Positions 13,464 through 23,210 of a DNA stretch of 64,000 nt are shown here, piece by piece (the stretch's first letter is position 1; every line of letters starts with the position of its first letter). Source of the stretch: Scyliorhinus canicula (taxonomy: Eukaryota). Both the position numbers and the translations under genes were made by a program. The notes beneath the pieces were generated by a model that was not told where the DNA came from, did not search any database, and saw only the letters and a program-made list of their open reading frames with translations. The DNA is taken from assembly GCF_902713615.1 (NCBI RefSeq), contig NC_052151.1, positions 118,764,123 through 118,828,122 on the forward strand, in the 5' to 3' direction.

Positions 13464-16333
13464 GATAATTAATTGGATCACCGAGTGAACAGAGTTTGAT
13501 TGCGTTTCCTGTACAGGAACAAGGTGATCAATGACGCAGAGATCAGAGAGACAGCTGTCACAGTCAGGGTCACGCTCAGGATTCACCTCAGACTCCACAC
13601 CTACAAACCAATGAGAAGCCAATGGTTAGTGAAGGAAACACTGAGGGGAAAATGGAAACCAGCAGTCAGCCAACTCACCACCTGGAGACCTCTCCTGCAT
13701 CCTTCCCTCATTCAGGGAGTCTGTTGCCAGGTTGGTCACATCAGTATCCAGAATGATCAGGGGTCCAAGTGAGGCCTCAGCCTCCCACTTCAATCCAACT
13801 TCATTCTCTGCAATATCAAACATTCCAGTTAGAGAGGGGAAAGGGGAAACGTCCACCATCTAGAGGATCAATATCCTACCAGCTTCAGCTACAAGATCTC
13901 TCCTTCCTCTGGATCCAAATCGCAGCTCCCTTGTGGCACAGTTACCCACATGGCAACAGGCACAAATGTCAATGCTCGATTCCTCCAATGGGGTCCAGCT
14001 AAGCGTGAAAAAAAATACCAGTCAACCAACTGCGTTGTGTATCACTTCTCCACAAAAACCCATCGGAGAGAGAGAGAGCGCACACTTACATATTCTGCAT
14101 CTTCTGGAAAGTACAAGCTTTGTTCTTGGAATCTTTCCGATCCACTGGAACTACTTTCAGGTGGCAGGTGATGAAAATCTGGAGGGAAACATCAGCACGT
14201 TGTTATTTAATGACTCCCTCCCAACACAGAGACACCAATGATCAGTTTCCTCTTACCAACGAACGGTCATCTCCAAAGAAACGGAATGCATCCAGGTCAA
14301 ACCGGAGCTTGTCCGTCTCCCGCTCGCCACTTGGCAACACAAAGGTTGAAAAGGAGTCCTCAGCTTTACTGTCCAGGAGGCAACTGAAGATAGATTAAAA
14401 AGGGACATGAAGTGAATCAAGTGAAGCCAGTGAGATGGGAGCAGCTGGAGAAAGCAGAGAGCTCCTTACCCACTGTAGTCAATGATGCTGTATCTCGGGG
14501 TGGAGTCCTTGTCTGGGCTCAATGTAGCTACACAGCGGTCAATGTAGAGCTTCAGGGGCATGTGGTTGCTCATTGAAACAGAGGCCTCAATGTGAATGAG
14601 GTCACCCAGGTAGTAGACAGTGGAAGTGCGCTCTGTAAGCCAGTCACCTGAAGAACAAGAGGACAAGGGTTGGAGACAGTGGGTGTCACTCCCAGTGAGT
14701 GAAGACAGGAAATCACTCCCCATCACATACCATTCATTAGGCGCAGAGAGAATGAAAGATGTCCTTCTCCAGACCTGGTGGAGCTGAATGGGATCCAGGT
14801 AGGCCTGATGGGGTTACTGCTCACATTGCCCTTCCTGGAAAGACAGCAGAGTCATTTTAGGACAACTTCAGAGAACATCAACAGCTGTGGATCTTATTCA
14901 GCATCCAATAAAGATTCTCACCTAAAGTAACGACACTCAATGGGAACGACAGCTCCATTCGTTCTCACAATGACAGATCCATGATACTCTGGGCTGTGGG
15001 TCAGGTGGGTGGTGTAGATCAGGAAATCTCCAGACATCTGAAAGACACCAGGTTAAGGAATGAAGAATTGATCTGAAAGGAGAAAGTTCTACACAGGGGT
15101 GAACAATGAACTCACCCCATCTAATTAATACAAGTCTCAAGGGGATTGACATGGTCAGCACAGAGAGGCTGCTGAGCCCCACATGGAGTGTCTATGCGGG
15201 GGGGGGGGGGGGGGGGGGGGCAGTGGGGTGTCAATCATTTAGGATAAACATGACAAAGAATTTCTTCATTTAGCAGCTCATGAATCATTTTAATTATCTA
15301 TCCCAGAAAGCTGGGAATGCTCAGTCACTGAGGATATTCAGGACAAATGGAATCAAAGGGTAGCACAGTAGCAGAGGGGGGTTAGCACAGCTGCATCACA
15401 GCACCAAGGTCACAGGTTCAATCCTGGCTCTGGGTCAGTGTCTGTGGTGAGTTTGCACATTCTCCATGTTTGCATGGATTTCACCCCCACAACCCAAAAG
15501 ATGTGCAGGGTAGGTGGACTGGCCACATTAAATTGCCCCTCAACTAGAACAAAAATGAATTGCATTGTGGAAAATCCAGCCCTGGTCTTAATGAATGGGG
15601 AACAGGCTGAAGAGTCTGTTCAGCCTCATCTTGTTATTAGTGTTGCTCAGCAACCTCCAGCCATTTAAACAAAGAGAGATCATTAGCACAAGACCAGGAT
15701 CAATTAACAGTGAATTGATTCAATAAAAGGACAGCTTCAGTTAACAGGAAAAGGAGCCACAAGTTGGCAATAATATGGAGCCTGGAAAAAGAATAGTTTC
15801 AATCCAGCTAGTTTGGGGGTTTAAGACACAGGAGACCAGTATCCTCAATATCAATGATATCTCACCAAGTGCTGGAATAAAGAGCGTAGAACAATCTCCA
15901 GCCAGGGCTTAGAGCCAGAGTTGAGGTTTGACATTACCTGCAATTTGCTGCCACACTCGTGGAGCCCATAGTCAAAGAGGACAGTGTGGTTCTGAGAGTA
16001 GATCCTGGTTGGCCGACAGCCTGCTGCCCCCAGGGTCAGGTCAGCAGCTTTAACCAGGTGCCTGGTTCCAAATAAATCCAGCTGGACCCTGACCAGCAGC
16101 TTGTCCTCTGCACACTGCACCACCACAGTCTGCAGTGGAGACACACTTTGACCCTCAGACACACGGAAATGGGAACCAAAGGGAGGAAGAGGGACTCTCT
16201 GAGGCACAGAGGTGGCTTTGACTCTGCTCCATGGAAACCTCTGGCCTCGAAACTGTTGCCAAGTATCAGAGGAACAAACAGTTCCAACTAACACCAGCAC
16301 TGGGAACAAAGCCCTCACTCCAAAATCCCCCAT
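13443..16333 (-). CDS. ZP3: ZP3-like (ZPC) egg-coat glycoprotein, copy A; 9 exons, 471 aa, frameshifted C-terminus without TM helix
   Basis: Exons (minus): 16333-15938, 15037-14922, 14834-14731, 14647-14470, 14383-14257, 14178-14090, 13998-13880, 13807-13679, 13600-13443; all GT-AG and in phase. Signal peptide [21 protein letters not shown]; ZP-N ([29 protein letters not shown]); [22 protein letters not shown]; ZP-C ([51 protein letters not shown]); ZP3-specific CACCHVGNC; furin site RGRR; EHP-like ASLGPLIIL. Exon 9 has +1 nt relative to copies B and C. Confidence 0.9.
15359..15565 (+). mobile_element. V-SINE in ZP3 intron 1 (A and B, not C)
   Basis: Head and core similar to 55510-55737. Confidence 0.7.
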
Positions 16334-16376
16334 GATACCAAACAACTGAACCATCCTGTCCACCAGGGAGCAGCAC

Positions 16377-16405
16377 CTTTTATACTCACAACCTGTACTC
16401 ACCTG
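16377..16405 (-). promoter_or_regulatory. ZP3 copy A core promoter: TATA box plus E-box
   Basis: TATAAAAG at 16384-16377, ~45 nt upstream of ATG 16333; CAGGTG E-box at 16405-16400 (E-boxes bound by FIGLA are established for vertebrate ZP promoters). Conserved in all three copies. Confidence 0.7.
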
Positions 16406-16498
16406 AACTCTTTTCGGTCAATCAGCTAATTATAATAAAAGAAACAAACTCAGGGACAAATTAAAAGGGGCTGCTCCTGATAAGGGCACTGTCCAAAC

Positions 16499-16795
16499 AA
16501 TAATAATAATCTTTCTTATTGTCACAAGTAGGCTTATATTAACCTATTTAATGTAAGTTAATGAAGTCGCTGTGAAAATGCGCCAGTCGCCACACTCCGG
16601 CGCTTGTTCGGGTACACGGAGGGGGAATTCAGAATGTCCAAATTACCTATCCGCACATCTTTCGGCACCTGGAGGAAACCAACGTCGACACGGGACGAAC
16701 GTGCAGACTCCGCACAGACAGTGACCCAAGCCGGGAATCGAACCTGGAAACGTGGTGCTGTGAAGCAACAGTGCTAACCACTATGCAACCGTGAC
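16499..16795 (-). mobile_element. V-SINE upstream of ZP3 (paralogs ~38545-38843 and ~63485-63802)
   Basis: Head, V-core and (ATT)n tail. Confidence 0.8.
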
Positions 16796-16800
16796 ACAGA

Positions 16801-17514
16801 GGGCGCAATTCTCCGCACTCACGACGGTGCGGAGAATAGCGGGCGGCGTAAATTTTTACGGCCACGCTGGTCCGACGCCCTCCCGCTATTCTCCACCCCC
16901 AAGCCCGCCTCCCGACACGAATCGCTGCCCGCCGTTTTTTTACTGCGAGCAGCGATTCTTAGCTGGCCGATGGGCCGAATTCCAAGCCCTTTACGACCGT
17001 TTTTATGAACGTCAAACACACCTGGTCTGACCGTTCGTAAAAACGGCCGTAAAGTCCCGATCTGGGGAACCATGGCACCGATTGGCACGGCAGTACCACG
17101 GCCGTGCCAAGGGTGCCATGGGCCCACGATCGGTGGGCACCGATCGCGGGCAGTGGGTACTTACCCCACGCACTCTTTATCCTTCCGCTGCCCCGCTGTA
17201 TCCATTCGCGGGGCGGCTGAGGGGCATACCGGCCCGCGCATGCGCGGGTTTCACGCAAATGCGTGATAACGTCCAAATGCGTGATAACGTGCATGCGCGG
17301 CTGACGTCATCTGACGCGTCAGCCGTCGCTAACTCTGGCTAGCGGGCTTAACGAAATTCTTTAAGCCCGCGATGCCGGAGTTCACGGCCGCGGGATGCTA
17401 GCCCCGACCGGGGACCAGAATCGGTTCCCGGTTGGGGGGGCGGAGGCTGGCGTCACACCCGCCCGTTTTTGACGCCAGCCTCACGATTTCTCCCGGGTGC
17501 GGAGAATCACGCCC
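16801..17514. mobile_element. GC/CpG-rich MITE-like element (A-specific)
   Basis: TIRs GGGCGCAATTCTCCGCAC / GTGCGGAGAATCACGCCC; absent at B ~38845 and in C. Confidence 0.8.
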
Positions 17515-18712
17515 CATGAAACAAGACAATAGCTTACAATTATCCCTTAAACAATGCTAATGAATGCAGTGACACAATAACCCTTAACTGCTATCTTTAT
17601 TTCCACTCAAACAACAAAATTATCTCAGGTCACAATCCATTTTTAAATACGGTGAGCACTCAGGAATACTTGCGATATAGAGTTGTCTTGGATACTCGAC
17701 TTTGTGAAAGAGAGATCTTTTGAGACTGTTTGAAAGAAAGAGACCTGACACCCTGTCAGAGTAATGCAGAATCTCTGACTGTATTTCTTCAGAAACCTTC
17801 TCGGCTCAACTTCCAGCCAAAAGCTAACACTGAAAGCCTTAACATCTGACTGCTTCAACTCCTGGCTCCCATTAACTACATCATCTCACTAAGCTGAACA
17901 CAGTGCCTCTAAATATCTACGCTCCAGGGAACCTTCTGAATAGAAAATAACATTCCATTAACCCAAACCTTTATGATGCTTTAATTGCACCTCTGGTTCC
18001 AAAAACCCAAGCTGACTTTCAAATGAGGATTCTTAAAAACCAAATGCAACAAGACCTGGAAAATATCCAGGCTTGGAATGACAAGTGGCAAGTAACCTTC
18101 ATGCCACACAAGTGCCAGGAAGTGACCATCCCCAATAAGAGAGATTCTAACCATTGCCCCATGACATTCAATGGCACCACCGTCCACAAGGCACAAGTCA
18201 GGAATGTGATGGAATACTTTCCACTTACCTGGATGAATGCAGCTCCAAAGACAGTCAAGAAGCTTGACACCATCCAGGACAAAGCAGCCTGCATAATTGG
18301 GAAGATCTTATCTCAGGAACTCTCAGCCCCCCACCCCGCCCCATTGCCAGTACCAGCACCCTCCCCAGGTGAGTGACAGCTCGCTATGGGGATGGCAAAA
18401 TGCACCGCCCCGTGTTAGAACTGCCAAGGTGCCAGGGCACTGCACTGCCATGTTTCTGACCAGCTGAGGGCTAAAATGGTCTCTGAACCCACCCTCATCT
18501 GCATGGTCATCACTTCATTTTTTTATGGGCTCAGAGTGTGGACAGAGGTGAACCCCTAATCCAACTCCTTACCTGCTCCAAAAACCAATTAAAATTCAAA
18601 TTGAATCCAATTCATGGTCCCCACAAGTGAGACAAACCAGATCTGAGCCACAAGGCAGAGCAGATGCTGCTCTTGATCTTGGCCAAAAGGCCGAGAAGCA
18701 ATATCACTTCTG

Positions 18713-19474
18713 GGGCGATATTCTCCGACCCCCAGCAGGGTCGGAGAATTGCCTGGGGGCGACTAAAATCCTGCCCCCACCGTGGCAGAGATTCTCCGCC
18801 ACCCGGGAAGTGGCGGTGGCGGGAACCTCGGCACTCCGAACGGAGAGGCCCCTGCGGTGATTCGCGATGTGGGGTTCTCTTCCGCCTCCGCCATGGCGGA
18901 GGCCGTGGCGGACGCGGAAGAAACTAGTGCAGCCAGGGCACTGAGGTCCCGCCGCTGGGAGGCCTCTCCCGCCGCCGAGGTTTAAACCACCTCTGGAACG
19001 GCGGGCTCAGCGGCGCGAGCAGGCCCCCGGGGTCCTGGGGGGCGGGAGGCGATCGAACCCCGGGGGGTGCCCCCACGGTGGCCTGGCCCGTGATCGGGGT
19101 CCCCCCCCTCAGTGTCCGCGCCAGTGCCCTGGCTGCACTATATATTTCCGCGTCCACCACAGCCTCCGCCATGGCGGAGGCGGAAGAGAACCCCACATCG
19201 CGCATGCGCCGGCAGTGACGTCAGCGGCCAGCGCATGCGCGGACCGGAGAAAGCCTTTCGGCCAGCAGCGCATGACGTCAGCGGCCAGCGCATGCGCGGA
19301 CCGGAGAAAGCCTTTCGGCCAGCCCTGCTGGTCTTCTTGTGCAAACAGCTCCGGCGCGGGGCTGGCCCCCAAAGGAGAATTCCCCACCTTTGGGGAGGCC
19401 CGACCCCTGAGTGGTTGGTGCCACTCCCCTACTCCGGGACCCTCCGTCACGCCGGGTAGGGGAGAATGCCGCCC
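18713..19474. mobile_element. GC-rich MITE-like element (B-specific), PIF/Harbinger-like
   Basis: Imperfect TIRs GGGCGATATTCTCC / GGAGAATGCCGCCC; 3-bp TSD CTG; empty site at A ~3395. Confidence 0.8.
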
Positions 19475-20012
19475 CTGATCTCCATCACTCTGGCTTCACA
19501 TTGCGCCGGTTGGTGGGAGAATTCCAGGAACCAGGAGAATCCGGCTTAAAACAGATCCTGCAGATTTAAATAAGGGTGTTGGGCATGAACCCGATCACGG
19601 CATCTGGAGCGGTCAAGGAGCATCGGAAATTGATTGGCAAGTCCTTTTTCAGGCCTCTCCCGGGATTTTCCCAAGTTCGCAGAATTTGCGCTGGGAGCAA
19701 TGCGGCTGGAGAATCGCCCCGCTGTTTCTCTACCGGTGCTGCCCAAATATTTCCAGAAGTTTCTGTTCATGTTGTACATTTAAGAACTGAACTTGTTCAA
19801 CATTACTGACTTAACTAAATACAAATAACAGACTGATGCTTGAGCAAGATTTATTTACATGTGCCAGGCATAGGTTGCTGTAAGCACATTGAATCTTGTG
19901 GAAGTTATAATTTGTGTTCTGCAATCTTTTCACTTCATGGTCTTGCAGAAACTTAAACAGCATTTTGTCTCCAGCACAAGTATGTTTAATGCCGTATGTT
20001 CATGTTTTTCAG

Positions 20013-20898
20013 AACGATGCCTGTTTAGTGCCTGTTGATGACCCAAAGGCCACCAGTGCCACAGAGGAAATAAATACTGTGACTAGTTCTATTACGATGC
20101 AGGAGTACTTTGCCAACAGGATGGCTCAACTGAAAAAATCAAAAACAGGGCATGAGATCGATCGAAGCAGTGCTGTTCAGGAACTCGAAGGAGATGATTT
20201 GAATTAATTCAAAGAAGTAAAAATTAAATCCAAAACGAAGTAAAAACGCTGCAGAGGAGATGCTGACAGGATTTGTAACTTCAACCAACTGTCTCTCCCC
20301 ACAAAGCAAGTCGAGGGTGAAGGTGATGGAGAACTAAATAGTGGTCTGATAGAAGACAGCCCAGTTAAGGAAAATTACCAGACTAAAAGAAACTCCAGAA
20401 AAAGCAGAGCGAAACCTTCGGTGTTACTCAACCAGAATATTTGTCCTTTAGGAGAAGTTGAATCGGAAGAGGTTCAGGTTGAACAGTACTTGGCAGTAAA
20501 TGAGTCGTCGGAGAAGCAAAATGAGCAGGATTGGGACGAGGATCAGAAGAAACGAAAGAAGACAAAGAAGAAAGCAACAGCCACGGGTGAAGTAGAGGTT
20601 TTCTCAATTCTGTCATTCAATAGAAAGGAGGAGGTAAAAGAAAGAAAAGAAATAGAAGATTTGGGACATGCCGAAATTGTTGGTCACATTTTTAATTGAA
20701 AACTATCCAAATAACTTATTGTATTACTAATTACTGTGTACTTAAATTGTTCCTCTACGTTAAGGGCATTGTAGCCTTACAGCAACTGTTGGAATTAAAT
20801 TTAAGCAGTGAGCTTGGTAATGGAGGATGGAATACTTGAAATAAGGAAAGTGATTGAAAGCATGTTAAAACAATTTTCTTATAAATGCGCAAAATAAA
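20013..20898 (+). pseudogene. PINX1: Orphan terminal exon of PINX1 (unprocessed fragment), unit B
   Basis: Acceptor ttttttcag before 20013; translates NDACLVPVDDPKATSATEEINTVTSSITMQEYFANRMAQLKKSK, resembling PINX1 TTSAFTIQEYFAKRMAALK; Lys/Glu-rich tail; premature TAA at 20205-20207 and frameshifts; original stop 20653-20655; AATAAA 20893-20898. No upstream G-patch exons seen. Confidence 0.75.
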
Positions 20899-21455
20899 AT
20901 GAGAATGTTTATTTGTGGGTATTGACAATAGAGGCTACGATCAAACGGCTTTGGCGCGCCCGGACTCGGTGATGTTACAAGGCCATTAAATCGGGGAAGA
21001 GGCCTCTCGCTAGATTTGTGACGCTCGGAACGCCTCGCGAGATCGCGTGAGGCCTCACAATCTGGATCTCGCCCTCACTGGGCGGCATCCGGATATACAT
21101 CTCAAATGATCCATTCCGCTCATTTAAATATGTCGGGGCCCAACTCCCCCGAGGTCCGGGAACTAGCAGCCCTGGCCTGGGAGACTTCGCCATGGCGCCG
21201 TTTAGCACTGGTCCACAGAAACAGGGCCCAGGCGTAACGGCACCTGGGGAAGCGGGGGGTTCCCCAGGCGATTGGAGACTCATGGGTGGTCGGCGACAGG
21301 GCAGGATGGCACCCTGGCTCTCCCTCTGGCACCCAGGCAACTTGGCAGTGCCATGGCACTCAGGTGCAAGGGTGGCACTGCCAGCGTCAGCGCCTGAGGG
21401 GGGGCATGCCCATGAAAGGATGGGTGCTTGAAGGGCGGGTATGAATAGATCGCCT

Positions 21456-23210
21456 GACTTCCGGTTGCGACTATGCGGAGCTAAGCTGCACGTTCGGCAG
21501 CTCCCGCCAGGAATGGACCTTTGGGCTCTTTTAAGGGCCCCCAGCGGTACTTGCTCAACGGTTCCCGACGTGGGAAGGTGTCTGCAGCGGATCCCCAGTG
21601 GTCTATGGTCTTGACCAGGAGTGGGGCCAGCAAAATAGCGGTGGCAGCGCCTAAGAAAAAGCGGGGGAAGAGAATCAAGATGGCGGCCGACGGAGGCCTC
21701 GAGGAATGGAGGCAGTGGGCACAGGTGCAGCAGGAAACTCTCCAGAGATGTTTTCAGGAGATAAACGTGGAGCTGCTAGACTCGCTGAAGGCGAATGCGG
21801 ACAAGCTGCTGGCGACGCAGGCAGCCCAGTGGGTGGAGATCCGGGAGCTCCGACAACAAGCCTCCGAAAGAAAGGATGAGACCGCGGCCCTCGCGGTAAA
21901 GGTGGAGATGCATGCGGCGCTCCATAAGAAGTGGCAGGAGCGGTTCGAGGAGATGGAGAACCGGTCGAGGCGGAAAAATTTGCGGATCCTGAGCCTCACG
22001 GCGGGGCTGGAGGGGTCAGACCTGGGGGCCTATGTGGTTGTTTTGTTGAACTCGCTGATGGGAGCTGGGTCTTTCCAGGGCCCCTGGAGCTGGAAGGGGC
22101 CCACAGAATACTGGCCAGGAGGCCCAAGCCGAATGAGCCGCCACGGGCGGTGCTGGTGCGGTTCCACCGGTTCGCTGGCCGAGAGTGCGGAGTGGAGCAG
22201 CAAGTGGGAGAACACGGTAGTGCGGATCTACCAGGACTGGAGTGTGGAGTAGGCTAAGCGGAGGGCCAGGTACAACCGGACGAAGGCAGTGCTCCACAGA
22301 AAGAGTGTGAAGTTTGGCATGTTACAGCCGGCGCGTCTGTGGGTCACTTTCAAGGACTGTCACCATTATTTCGAGTCCCCGGAGGAGGCGTGGGCCTTTG
22401 TGCAGGCCGAGAAGTTGGACTCTGACTGAGGGTCGGGGGTTTGTAAATAACTGTGTTAACTTTTGGTCGGAAGGGTCTCTGTATTATGCTGTTTGAAGCT
22501 GTTTTAAGCTGTTTTATGCTGTTTTAAGCTGGTTGTGTGTTGGTTCTTTGGCGGGTGGGGTGCTGTCTTTTTTGCGTGGGCGGGGTCGGGCAGAGGGAAA
22601 GCGCGGGCTCTTCTTCTGTTTCCCGCGCTGAGGGTGGTTGGGGGCGGGGTCGGAGCTGAGAAGCGCGGGCTTTTTTCCCGCGCGAGAGCGGGAGGGGGAG
22701 GAGGAGGGTCTGCTGATGGGTCTGGGGGAGGAGGAGTAGCCCCACGTTGGGGGGGGATCGGAGGTGTGGCGGGAGTCGCCGGGGTCAGCAGAAGTTAGCT
22801 GGCTCACGGGAGTGCTACGGAGGGAGTAACGTGGCTGGGAGGAGTCCTAGACTGGGGGGGGGGAAGTGCGGGGGGGATGGGGCGGTACCAGTTTGCTGCT
22901 GAAATGGCCAGGAAGGAGCTGGAGTATGCAGGGGGGGCCGGGGTTGGGGGTTTGCCGCCGTGGGGAATGGGCCGAGCGGGGGGCACTGGCCTGGGGCGGG
23001 CAGGGGATGGGTTATGGCTAGTCGGCAGGGGAGGGGGCCAGGGAGCCCTCTGATCTGGCTGATAACTTGGAATGTGAGGGGGCTGAATGGGCCGGTCAAA
23101 CGGGCCCGGGTGTTTACGCACCTGAAGGGGCTGAAGGCGGACATGGCTATGCTCCAGGAGACGCACCTGAAGGTGGCGGACCAGGTTAGACTGAGGAAGG
23201 GCTGGGTAGG
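21456..23210 (+). mobile_element. 5' portion of the same L1 insertion in unit B
   Basis: Same left junction ATGAATAGATCGCCT|GACTTCCGG; ORF1, inter-ORF region and endonuclease start; cut by a Gypsy LTR at 23211. Confidence 0.92.

Larger units (their letters stand above)
1..18040. repeat. Tandem segmental duplication unit A
   Basis: Position 1 aligns with 39582; colinear high-identity match to units B and C apart from indels. The unit boundary is arbitrary. Confidence 0.9.

Noticed and set aside
13626-13678. Exon 8 read-through ([17 protein letters not shown]) as the true C-terminus
   Set aside because: A strong GTGAGT donor and a downstream TM exon followed by AATAAA favour splicing; intron retention cannot be excluded without RNA data.
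15198-15220. Poly-G tract in ZP3-A intron 1
   Set aside because: Simple homopolymer of unreliable length; no function evident.
16334-16402. N-terminal extension MSTGCEYKRCC.. and VMSN.. tail of the 183-aa ORFs (also 37895-38446 and 62840-63391)
   Set aside because: The extension spans the TATA box and starts at GTG; the tail is intron 1 read-through past the CAG|GTAATG donor.
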